A DNA stretch of 63,621 bases, filler included, from Choristocarpus tenellus KU-1152 (taxonomy: Eukaryota > Protista > Phaeophyceae), in the NCBI GenBank assembly GCA_964200185.2. It is 11 parts of 11 records of this genome, joined end to end, with 100 filler letters (N's around TTAATTAATTAA, not from the genome) between each part and the next. Parts side by side here need not be neighbours in the genome. Positions count along the whole stretch, not along the records: positions 12,718 to 26,787 come from CAXNAD020001285.1; positions 26,888 to 31,478 come from CAXNAD020013879.1; positions 31,579 to 36,680 come from CAXNAD020011867.1; positions 36,781 to 40,419 come from CAXNAD020018799.1; 7 more parts are not named here. The stretch is one strand, 5' to 3'. Both the position numbers and the translations under genes were made by a program. Positions 25,963-37,959 of this stretch are shown here, piece after piece (the stretch's first letter is position 1; every line of letters begins with the position of its first letter). Under the pieces are notes generated by a model, which saw only the letters and a list, made by a program, of their open reading frames with translations, ran no database searches and was not told where the DNA came from.

Positions 25963-27819
25963 TCAAGGCAGCACACCATACTGCATTCCCTTGGTTGTAG
26001 AATATGTACATGTTGAGAAGGGTCAGTGAGGCATATATATTTTTTTTGTAGTCCTTGTTATTTGCATCATCTTGAACAACACAAATGAAAGACAGAACCA
26101 GATAGGCCCACCCAGCATCAAGTAAGGTGCACGCCTTGTATTCCCGTTTGTTTCTGCATTTCCTGTGATTCAATTTATATCCCAAAGGATGGTGTTTCTT
26201 TGGTCTGCTATGGATGCCTGTATGTATTACAAAGACTTGAGTAGAATTTGGGACAGGGCAAAAACAAAGGTCCAGGTGTCAATTATTTTGTACAGTTTTT
26301 TGTGCTTTTCCTGTCAACTACTGCACTCAAACATTGAGTTGCCAGAAGTGAGAGATGACAGCACCTTGGGGGGCAGTGGAAGAGATGAAGGAAGGGGGGG
26401 GCATTGACACAAAACCAAGTCAAGGTGGTGCTAGCAGGCTGGGGGCAAGGCTGCCCTGCTTGACTTTGTAGTGATTGACTGGCTTGGTTGGGATTGAAAG
26501 CAGATATACCCCTCCTTTCTCCGCTGCAGATCCCCAAGAGCAACTGAGAGAATAGATTAAAATAAATAAGCAAAAAAAAGTGGAAAAGAACCCCAATAAA
26601 AATCCTTCGGAGCAATGGAAGCCATGCCATGTACCATCATCACAGCTAAAAGTTTCATTCCCAGTGGGATCTGCACCAGAAGCACTTTCACAAGAGGAAA
26701 AAGAAATCCCCCCCCCCCCCCCCCCCCCCCCGGCCGCCTCTTTTTTTTATATACAATTTAAGAGTGCTGGCAAAGAACTATTTCTAGNNNNNNNNNNNNN
26801 NNNNNNNNNNNNNNNNNNNNNNNNNNNNNNNTTAATTAATTAANNNNNNNNNNNNNNNNNNNNNNNNNNNNNNNNNNNNNNNNNNNNAAAAACCAAACTA
26901 ACAAAAGTAAAAAAAAAAAAAAAAAAAACCCCCCCCCCCGGGGGAAACACGAACGGGGGGGGGGGGGGGGGGGGGGGGGAGGTTGATCTCCCTCAGACTC
27001 CTTGTAAAGAACAGGTCAACCTAAATGATTCAATGCCAGCAATCGGTGAAGGCGCAACTCTAGCACCGGTCAAAACACAGACGCCTTCCATATACATCAT
27101 TTGATACAATCTGACAGGCGAACACAGAACACAACTTACTACTGTATATTGACACCCACATCTACAGTATGACATCATCCCCTGGCAGTTGAGGTAACTC
27201 TATTCTTAGTGAGTGTGGCACACCATCGCAATTACTAGCGCCACAGCAGTCTGTCCCACTTGCTAAGATGCTAAAATGTGTTTTAGAGTAACATAGAAAT
27301 ATAGCGTCTGTCCAAAGTTGTTACACCTACTCACCAATTTGGTGCTCTAAATGGTGTTAATTATCTATCAAGCATGACCTCACACATACATATACAGTAG
27401 TCAGTACTGCAGCGCCCTTGCTCCAACCCTCAAAACCCTAACCTTTCATAACCACACCCATGTGCAACACCTCCCAATATGTATGTGAACCCTGTACAAT
27501 TTCCTACATCCGCTCAATCAATGCTGTATCCAGGTATACCCTCTATGGTCACAAAAAGGAATGATACAGTTGTAAGAAAGGTACAATCCATCGAATAACA
27601 AAAATCTCTGTAAGAAAAGAAGCACACCTGCAGCAAAAACCCTTTCACAAGGATCTAATTTGTTCTCACACTATAAATAGATCTAATGAATGATGACGGC
27701 CAAGACAAAGACGTACTCAACACAACCCCTCCCAAAAACCAGGCTGCAACCAGTTCACCATCTGAAGTACAGTTGCAACCAATCAGCAGACAGAACATAG
27801 CGGATCCATCAATGTATCA

Positions 27820-28130
27820 AAAAATAGAATACATATATATATATATCAATATATCAAAACAATGAAAAAAATAGAATACACACATACATATATATCAATA
27901 TATAAAAACAATGAAAAAATAGAATACATACACATGTATATCAATATATCAAAATTAAAAAAATAGAATACACACACATATATATCAATATATCAAAACA
28001 ATAAAAAAACAGAATACATAGATACATCGATCTATCAAAAATGGAAAAAATATAATACACGCATGTATACATATACCAATCTATTGAAAAAAAAATAGAA
28101 ACAAATACATACATATATATATATATAAAT
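27820..28130. repeat. AT-rich minisatellite, about 45-50-bp unit, about 6-7 copies, in the intron after the last visible ValRS exon
   Basis: Repeated AAAAAATAGAATACACA(CA)TATATATCAATATATCAAAACAATG. Confidence 0.85.
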
Positions 28131-28173
28131 TATCAATCAGCAGTAGCTGTGGTGGTACTCTCAGGTGTCTCAC

Positions 28174-30915
28174 CGTGAAGGTAAACCACACTGAAAGGAG
28201 GTTTTCCTGTTAGCTCCATCCCCATCATCACCATCCTAACAAAATCCAAGAAAAAAAGAATCACAAAAAACACACGCACAGAAGCAGGCAGGAAAACCAA
28301 AGCATAAAACAAAATCCTCAAGCTTCATCAAATGCAACAAAGAAACCATTTGCACCAAGTTTTCAGGCAAAAAAAGGAAGTGTTTTTGGTTTGAACTACT
28401 CCCAACCAAATCAAATCATATCAAACCAAATCATATCATATCATATCAATTGCATAGCTACAACTACTTAAACCAACCCCACATAACTCACTCTACCACC
28501 TAGAGGATGAACATATATATAAATATATTCCTTGAACCCAACATTCTATCCCACACCCTCGATGACAACCATCAAGCGGAAAAAGCTCTCCAACACACAC
28601 AAATACACACAAATACACACACATGTATACACAATGGAAAATCAAACTCTACCGAGTGATGATTGAGTATCAGTAATTAAACATAGAGGATTCAATAATC
28701 CCAGGAGAGGTATCTTAAAGAGGAGCTATAACAATAATAATAAAGAGGAAGACCAATAATTTACAGCAGGTAGTATGATATATAGTATTAAAAGTGTGAA
28801 ATGAGCACAAGATAAACAAAAAAAATACTAAGGAAGAGGTAGAAATGTTCACCTTATAAACAGAACATAAGCTCTGCCGATCAAGCCCTGCAAGGGCCCA
28901 AAAATCTACAATCACCCCATAATTATCTCACTGCTTGACTAAACCGCCAGTGCAGACAAGACAAGACAAGACAACTCTTTCACCTGGCCACCCAGAAAAA
29001 CAAGATGTCATAACCTGTCTCCAGCACGGCAGCAGGGTAGAACGTATCTAGATCTGACTCATCCTGACCCTCCAGCTGCGGCCACCCCACAGAGGCAAAT
29101 GGCCACAAACCCGAGCTTCAAACAGATGGGGACAAAAGACACATATACACGCACACACGGGAGTAAAACCCATGGTTGAAGCGCACCACATGTAAAACTT
29201 TCAAAATTAAGTATATATATATATATATTAATAATATTGAAATATAAGCAAAGAGCGAAAGGGGCAGAATCACAGGCAACGATAAAAACGTTGCAGGAGT
29301 ACTTCGACGCACACAAGACATTCCCACACACTACTAACTCCAAAGCAAAACACTGTACGGTGGGGTTAGTAAGAGACGGGTTGACCTTTGCCGCCTCCCC
29401 TGAGTACCACCGTAGCCAACCGGATATTACAACAGGCCCCCTCCCTCCTACCCCCCCCCCCCCCCCCCCCCCCCCCCAAACTCTCAGTCAAATCACTGTC
29501 AAAAGTGCATGTCAGAAAGAGAGGGAGAGAGAGGAAAAAGAATAGAAAGAGCAGGCACTACAGAAATGGACGCGGCAGGGAAAGCAGAAGAGACGATAGA
29601 TGTATGGGGGGGTGCTACCCCCCCTCCTTCTCAACCCCTCTCAGGCTGTCTGATCATGGCCTCCACAGGCCCGGTCCCGGGAAAACCAGAAAACGCTAGA
29701 GGTGGAATTGGAAACCCTCCTCCTCCTCCAGCACTCACCAAGGTTCCCCGGGGCTAGAAAATTGTCTGCTTTTTAAAGACAGTTTGTGTTGTCTCCCTGC
29801 TTCCCCCATGTGCTTCCACCCCATGATAGTTTTGAATTGGAGGGGAGGGTTAAATCCTGTCTACCGTCAGCAATTTCATCTTGCAGCGACTGTTGAGAGC
29901 AGACCAAGGGGCTGTGGGTTTTCCCTGGGCTGCTTGAGGAGATCGCTGCTGAATATTTTGGTCTTAGTATCAAGACAATGTAATTACATTGTATCATCAG
30001 AAGAAATGAGTGGAATAACAATCTACACAATTTATAGTACACACAAGTACTATTTTACTTCATAGTGACTGTATATCACACAAAGATTGTCCCCCCAGTA
30101 GGAAAACAATACCTCTGATCTACAACTTATTCAGCATGAACTAACAACACCCTCACCTCCAGTACAGTACTGTATTGTTGTACCACTACTGTACCACAAT
30201 ATTGTACCACCACTGTAATGTACAGTTGTACCACTATGGTCAGCACATAAACCTCAAAAAAAAACATACCTCACCTAAACCATGTGTCCAAGACATCAGG
30301 GTCCCTTTCAAGTACCACCTCCTCACTCAACCCTGCCTCTGTCGCCTGTCGCCTGGCATCCTCTTCTGACCTATGCCCTCATCACAAGAGCAAATGTTTA
30401 CCATCAGAAACATAACAACAGTGGAAGTCCCAACTTTACACCTAGTCCACACTACGCGAGTTAGTATGGCTCAGCATTAAACCCAAAGAAAAACATACAA
30501 CTAAAATATAAGAGCTCAATCAATTCGCGTCCAGACAACCCACCCCACTTATCTGGGCGGTTCCAATTTGTTAGTCCATGAGACTGCTTTAACAGAGAAA
30601 ATAAATACATTTGAAATACAACCATTGGTAGTACCCCTTCTCACGCATGTCTACTCCTCTAGCCCCCCATTCGTCACAAAACCTAACACTCCTGTTCGTT
30701 ACATAATAGATACGCAACACTTCTACAGGAAACCCCCCCCACACACACAATACATATAGTCACCAGCAAAAACAAAAATTGCAGCTCACCTAGCAACAAA
30801 GTACCCATCATGTCCCTTGGCATACCACACAGGGATACGATGTCCCCACCATAGCTGTCGTGACACACACCAGTCATGTATCCCATCCATCCAGTTGTAC
30901 CACACCTTTTCAAAC
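28174..30915 (-). CDS. valS: Valyl-tRNA synthetase, probably organellar/bacterial-type, partial, 4 internal exons
   Basis: Exons 30915-30790 ([31 protein letters not shown]), 30370-30275 (...[12 protein letters not shown]), 29115-28984 ([12 protein letters not shown]...[20 protein letters not shown]), 28235-28174 ([21 protein letters not shown]). All GT-AG and phase-consistent. The KMSKS exon was not found in this contig. The organellar call is inference. Confidence 0.93.
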
Positions 30916-31578
30916 CTGTACACCACAGGTCATTCATTGGGATAGGTGGGGATGGGGGAAGGGGGTCAAAGGATAGAGGTGACTGATCGGGGAGTGGACA
31001 GGGATGACAAGGTTCTTGAACATTGGGGGTAGAGAGGGGGAGGGGGGTAAAAACATGGTTCAAGCCCAAGTTATACTTTGGAGGTTCGGGTGTATTTCGA
31101 AACAATCCGATCGGTGCAAAAATGAGATTTGTAAACAGACATTGCTGACTGGTCAACTGTTGTTACAAACCAGACACACTGTCAACACACCATATTCCTG
31201 CCTTCTCATTGACCAGCAATACTACAGGAGTTAGATACCTTTGGGCTGAGCCTCTAAAAAGCTTATAGTACCCTCCCTCCCATTCCTCGCTTATCTCGGA
31301 AACGCTCCGCCATGCATTCATCCATCTACCCACTCATCCGCTGGGCAAATAGTGACACACGCACCAATTACAGCAACCTACACCTCACACCCAGCCAATA
31401 GAATCCATCGCACTCGCTCACTTCTCAACCCTCCCTACCTACCCCCTTGACAAAAAAAAGTCCAAGCCCTCAATACCCNNNNNNNNNNNNNNNNNNNNNN
31501 NNNNNNNNNNNNNNNNNNNNNNTTAATTAATTAANNNNNNNNNNNNNNNNNNNNNNNNNNNNNNNNNNNNNNNNNNNN

Positions 31579-32800
31579 GCCCTTGTAGACGTCCTGGACC
31601 AGACGCCCTTCCGTGTGCCCTTTCTCATAGAGCAGCCCGCACATGGCTCCAGCTCACCCACCAATGTAATGCCCATTGAAGTGGTGGTGGACTCGAGCAA
31701 TGCCTCATCTACATGACCACAAGAGCGATGAAAGAGGTTAATGTCGACGTTGGTGTGGGGAGCGTAAGGTGCAAGCGAGGGGGCTATGGTGGTCTTCAAA
31801 GCAACTTCAGCATTCCGACCCAGTTGCGGCAATATGCGTTGACCATGGAGGGTATAATGACAACCAGGATCTCTTGTGAAGATAAGTTTGCCATCTAGTA
31901 ACGATAATATACTGACTGTGCAAGTGCATTTTGCACCCATATCTGCTGTAGCTTGGCAAGAAAAGAGATTAAATTCAAGATCTGGGACATGCGCAACAAT
32001 ATGTAGGAGTTTCTCTACTTCCTTGTTATCACATGTGGGAAATAAGATGATTACATCACCACGACCAGCGATACGAAAGGAATTCTGACTGGCAGTGACT
32101 ACCCTTCGATCTACTACACAGGGCTCGTAGTTAGTTATGTATGTCATCATGTTTGTCATGTGACATGTAGCCGCACTGTCGAAAATCCACTCTTCTCTTT
32201 CGGCCAATCCCAACACTTGGCACCAAACATTCATCTACCCCACACTTGCCTGGAGCATTGTTGCTCGGAGAGTCACCAGTGGCAGCCAGTAGTACGTATT
32301 ACTCGTTGTTGTTGCTGCTGGTCGCGCTTTCCACAGTAATGTGAAAAGGTTTCGCCTCGGTCTCGTTCTTTTCTTTGCCAGACTCCGCTGTAGTTATGAG
32401 CACTGAAGTACATGTTGTAGCATCATGGGCATGTCCATCACACTTGGTGTAAATGCGTGTTGGGCAAGCCTTTTTTTGTGTCCATTCTTAATACACCTCT
32501 CACAAAGAATCTCCTCGGAACTATTAGGTTTGAGATTATAAACCACTTTTCTTTCTTCCGCCATGTAATTTACGTTCGACCCCACAACCTTGGTCATTAC
32601 GATGACACTGATTCTTCCTCTGGGATGAGCTGGTAACAACCAAAGTGTGACTGTTCCTGTGTCTTGAGTCCTTCCCCTCATGAAGGGAAACACATCTCTC
32701 TCTGACTATCTTCTCTACGTCTGCTCAACATAGTGTCCTCTGCGAGGCCATCATCCGTATCTCATATCGTAATCTGATCCGAGTGCACTCAGAAGCTGTA
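31579..32800 (-). mobile_element. Ty1/copia gag-pol fragment (gag, zinc knuckle, protease, GAG-pre-integrase)
   Basis: WIFDSAATCHMT protease motif, VAHVPDLEFNLFS, FHRSCGH...CAGCSMRK pre-integrase HHCC, and an upstream CERCIKNGH knuckle. Frameshifts are present and the element is cut by the linker. Confidence 0.9.
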
Positions 32801-32849
32801 GGAGCAGCACCTTGTCCGAGATGACGAGGTCCATTGATAGCATCTTCCC

Positions 32850-33210
32850 CTTTAACTCAGATGAGCATCATGCAAGCGTGCTGACCAAGCCTCTAGCAGA
32901 GGAATCTTTTTGGATGCATGCAGGGTGCTTTGCTGAATTTAGACGAAGTTTAGTGTTTTTTTTCGTTGGATTTTGAATTCTTCGTGTTCGTTTGGATTTT
33001 CATCCTCATTGAGTTCAGCAATTATCTAGTTATGTGTAGGGACTGGTCAGAGTTGTTTGAGCTAGGGAGGGTGTTCGAATAGACTCCTCCAATTGTAACG
33101 GACATCACTAGTAGTATACATTCATAGAATACAGGACCTATTTGTTGATCCATATTTGTTCTTGTATACCAACGAATAGATAGTAATTGATTCCATTAAA
33201 CGTGATGTTT
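32850..33210 (+). mobile_element. Copia 3' end: RNase H tail, polypurine tract and start of LTR
   Basis: SDEHHASVLTKPLAEESF resembles the copia RNase H end (ADILTKPL). It is followed by AGGGAGGG then TGTTCG at about 33065-33078. The LTR right end is uncertain. Confidence 0.6.
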
Positions 33211-33447
33211 TGGGGTTGTATGGTCGCCCTCTCTGCTTACGAATAATCACTCTACAACATTTGGTACTACTCCTGTATTTATCTCATCTACCCATACATG
33301 AGCTGTGTTGTACGATGCAAATCGTCGTTCACAATGCACTTGATTTTGCTCGATCACGCATTACCCTAAAAAACTACCCTCAAAACAACAAATTGCTCAC
33401 GGTAAAATGTCAGCATGCATTGATAAGCATACCAAAAGATGTACTAT

Positions 33448-35113
33448 CTGTGTGCCGTAAGTTTGTGCCACGAAACATCTGGACTCATCCGCGAGAACAG
33501 TGCCGAATCGGACGAGAACTTCACGGAATGAAATCGGGTTGACAATCTCAGATTTCAGAAAAGGTGGGGGTCGAGGATCATCAGGTACGAACTCGAGGCG
33601 CTTCAAGCCGTCAAAGTAGGGGTCTCTTGGGGTGATTTTGAGGCCAAAACTGGGCATGTCGAGGGTCAGAACGTCGGCATGGCAACCCCCCCGCCAACCC
33701 CCCGTGTAGGAAGGGTGCCCAAGTGTCCCTGAATACCAGGGTTGCGCTTGCAGTGCAGCACGCCCTCACGATGGTCCCTGGTGAGCATAAACTGCTGCGA
33801 CATGTTGAGCCAACCCGCCAACCCTCGCAGTGGAGTTTGAAGTGTCCGAGCGTTAAATGCGAGGGTTCTGGGAGGATGTCACCCATCAGCTCACCTGTGG
33901 TCACACACTTGACCTAGGGGTGGCGGCACGTACTAGGCGGCCTTCAGAGCTCACACCGACCAAGATTGTCGCAACACATAGTATCAACTCCGATAATCGG
34001 TCATCCACAGTGCATTAGGTGACAACGAAGATGGCCGCCAAGGGGTTGAATTATAGCATGAGCACCATGCCGAATCACCGCTGGATCAAACCCAAGCTTA
34101 AAATCGTAGCAAGAGGTATGGAGAATGGACTTTGTTTACGATCAAGTGGATCGGAAATGTGGTGTGTACACCTCCATGGCGAACACGATCCACGTGGCTG
34201 AACCTGGTTTTACGAGATGGCTGATGGGGAAAGGGTTAGTATATTTCCGCATGAGGATGATAGCGACCTTCCAGGGTCTCCTTCTGTGCAGCACAAGAGT
34301 CATATCCCCAAAACCATGATCATTGCAGCCAACGCCCGCCCAGATTCGGCTCTCAGCTTTGATGGAAAGCTTGCTGTTTGGCGTGTGTGTACGCCAAAAA
34401 CGGCAGACCGGACAAGCAAAAACCATAAAAAGGGGGCTTGTATGAGCAGGACTGTACTTTAGACCATTTGTGGTGCAGGAAGTGGTACACGGAGGAGTTT
34501 ACACCTGCATCAAGACCAAGATGCCTTGGTTGCAGGGGAAGCACATTGTCGTTCAGCAAGACGGTGCCACCCCCCACACGGGCAAGGGCAAAACAGAAAT
34601 CTTGTCAGGGGCACGGAAGACTGAGGGGTGGTCGATTAGACTTGTGACGCAGTCATCTAACTCCCCCGACGTCAATATCATGGACCTGTGCTTCTTCAGG
34701 TCTTTGAAATGCCGGGTAATGGGGAAGCAATTTGAGTCCATTGAGAAGATGGTGAAGGTCATCAAGAAAGAATATGAGGAGTATGATGAAACCACGCTGG
34801 AGAGGACTTGGCAGCTCATTTTTGTGGTGTACAATCAAGTACTTAGATACAAAGGGGGGAATGGCTTCAGTTTGGAGCACACAGGGGTAAGGAAGAGGCA
34901 GTTGTCTGGTGAGCTTGAAAACACACCAAAGCTAGACATGGAGGCTTCTTCTGTGGCTGATAAAATTGTGATGGATGGGGAGTAATAATAAAATAAAAAG
35001 AGCAGACCCTACTAACCAGAAATTCATCAAAGATTCCAAATTTCTTTCAGAAATGAAATTAATCAACATCTTCAAACGTTACGGACAACGCGGCACAGAC
35101 TTACGGCAGAGAG
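33448..35113 (+). mobile_element. Tc1/mariner DNA transposon of the plant/oomycete (Soymar/Osmar-like) group, with TIRs and a disrupted transposase
   Basis: Imperfect 25-bp TIRs: CTGTGTGCCGTAAGTTTGTGCCACG (33448-33472) and CGCGGCACAGACTTACGGCAGAGAG (35089-35113) followed by TA. Frameshifted transposase at about 34020-34985 with HVAE/WFY, KSHIPKTM..AANARP, FDGK, RTSKN, QQDGATPH, NSPDVNIMDLCFF. Confidence 0.9.
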
Positions 35114-37959
35114 TACCTTACTGACTACTACTCCAGAGTACTTGAACTATTTGTAGCATCAACAGCCCTGACAATAAGGATTGGTGGTGCTGAGGAAAAT
35201 TTTGCCTTCGGATCTGGTCTACTTTCTATCCCCAGTCATAATTCAGAGTAGTAATAGTATTCAACAAGCAAGAGTATATGGCGTGGCCATCAAATGCATC
35301 TCACAACAACGAGGCGAGCAGGAGGTGTACCTGCCTTACTTTCAAGTCATATCGGGTCTGAAACAGAAGTAGTAGACTTGCCATTGAGCAATATTATCAC
35401 GATACTACTAGTTTGAACGGCTCTACCAGCCCAAACCCTAGTAGTGTTAGTGCCACCTGCGTAAAAGTCAGACCCAAAACAAAAGCCCACAGTACAGACC
35501 TCTCTGTTGTGAGCCAATGTAAACGAGCTGTACTCAGTTTTAGGCTGTTTCACATTTGAAGTCAGTTTTTCCAAATCTTTCGCAATTCACCCATATTCCT
35601 ATGGATGAAGAGTCAAGTTTGACTCGAGAATCTTCGTTTCTCTATAATTCGAACCTTTTCGACAGGATTCAGAAAATTCCACCAAGTAGTATTATTGAAA
35701 AAGCTGACCTTTGCACATGTTTGTTAGCATCCCAAAAATGCAACGCTGGGTACCTCTCGTTTACTTCGGCTCTTTGTTCTCAGATTCATGTTTGCAAACA
35801 TGGTTTCAGCGTATTTTTTTACCACGAATTTGATCTCAGCTCTGTCGACTCAGAAGCAGAATGTCGTGCTTTTCAGAGCTGCTGCTGTGTAACTATTTTT
35901 TTTAATAATGTCAATGATACATGAGAACCGTTCAGTGGTACTGTTATTTCAAGATAACTTTACCCTCCCTGGAATGGTTTGAAGCAGTCATGTCGTATAT
36001 ATATGCGGATATCACAGAGGCATGAGAATCAAGGTTGGGAGGTTGGTGCACAGAGAAGAGAAAGTCAACAGAAATGTCGTCACTGGTGCTTTCTAGTGCT
36101 TATCTTTAGTTCTATGTGACTACACATCTTGCAACTACGATATCAAGGTTTTCCGTTGCTCAATACCTGCAACTCTTTACCGCTTGTGGCTCTCACCTTA
36201 CATACCACACAGATGATGGTCACACTAGCACTTGTATCTTTCATCAGAGCTATATCGCACGAATGTGTTCCTTTTGGGGATAAGCGTGATGTACTACTAG
36301 AACCAAAGACACTCGAGACACTCAGCAGGTGTACGAGACAGAGAGGGAGCAGTGATCCACCTGAGGTTGTTAAGAACTGCCACAAGAAGCAGCCAACGGC
36401 TAACACACAACTAGTGCAAACACTCGAGATCCCCAGCAGCCAACACCGGCAACTCTGGCACACAATGTAATACTTCAAAGCACATCCAAAGAAAAAAAGA
36501 GTCCCAAGAAGTGAACTATGATAGGAAGTACGGTAAGCAATGCAGCGAGAGCACAATAGGTAGGTAATACTGCACTCTCTCACTCGTGACAAAGGCTCAA
36601 AGCATCTGGGGGAGGGGGGGGGAGCTGAATATTCAGGGTCCATTTTTCCATGTCGCGATTTTTGGGTGATTTGGTTACATNNNNNNNNNNNNNNNNNNNN
36701 NNNNNNNNNNNNNNNNNNNNNNNNTTAATTAATTAANNNNNNNNNNNNNNNNNNNNNNNNNNNNNNNNNNNNNNNNNNNNCCCCCCCCCCAAACAAATCA
36801 AGCAGAGTAGAACAGTAGCTGTCGCTCCGCCACTGTTTGGCCAGCGATGAGAATGTTGGTAGTGGATGGAAGGCGATGATTGAGAGAGAGCGACGCTTTC
36901 CTTTTTCATGTTTTTGTTGTTGTCGTATGCGGGAGGGATTACTGTAGAGGGTACACGCTCAGTCTGAAAATGTCGATGCTGTTGTTTTTCTGCTGAGTGA
37001 CTGAGTGACTACTGCTGCGGGGTTTGTCTTCTCGTGCGTTTATATCGTGCGTTTGCAACCTGGCGTGTGTGTGCGGGTTTTGTGGAATGTGGGTTTCCTG
37101 AATATTTTATTTATATTTGATAGTGTGAACAAACAAACACCGGAAGGAATAAAATCTTTTTTGTCTTTTTTTAATTTACAAGAGTTGTTTAGAGGAAGGA
37201 GTAAAATGCCTATGATTAGAGTCAGATTTTTTTTTTTTTCGAGGTTTGTTTGGTTAGAAAGTAGAAAGTAAGGAGAGTAAAATAAATCTTCTGCTCTCTT
37301 ATACCTAATCGTAATCGAAGTCCTTTTGTAGTGAAGATAGTGATAGTAGTGGTAAGAAGAAATAAGAATAAAGAGACTTGATCGGTGAGGGTGTTGTGTT
37401 TTTGTCCTTAGGATGGTTTCAAGTTAAGTTTTTGTTTGTTTGTTGGTTTGTTTGTCAGATGGGTTCTCGTTTCTGGTGACAGTTACACCTAAATTCATTA
37501 GTCTTTGGCGGCAGGATGGCGTGTTTGTTCTCTACCAAAAAAAGGGGGTTCTACTACTCTTTTTTTCTTTTCAAATTGCATGATGTAGTGTAATATGCAT
37601 GCCGTACTATATGTTCGTTAGGGCTAGGGTTATAGGGTTAGGGTTGACCAAATCTGTAATCTTGCTAATAATCACAAAGAGATTAGAAAATTCCTAGGAC
37701 ANNNNNNNNNNATAGCTACTCCTTGCAAAGCATAAAGGATAATATCTCTCTTCTTACCGAAGATGCTCTAAATGAAATCTTCGGTAAAATCTTACTGTGA
37801 TCGCGCAGGGTTAGGGTTAGAAAAACTGTCACACTTGGTTCATTTCATGCCCATTTTGATTCTAATCATATTGAGGATAATAATCATTCGGTGAGTGGTA
37901 GTATATACACATAAAAATAATAATAATAATGAAATTAATATAGTGATGGTGTGTGACAG

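Noticed and set aside
23945-25979. Antisense ORFs over the kinase (and similar ones over UAP56 and the mariner)
   Set aside because: Shadow frames of real coding sequence with no independent motifs.
33448-35113. Fanzor/TnpB cargo in the DNA transposons
   Set aside because: No RuvC or zinc-finger motif pattern was seen, and the mariner has no room for such an ORF.
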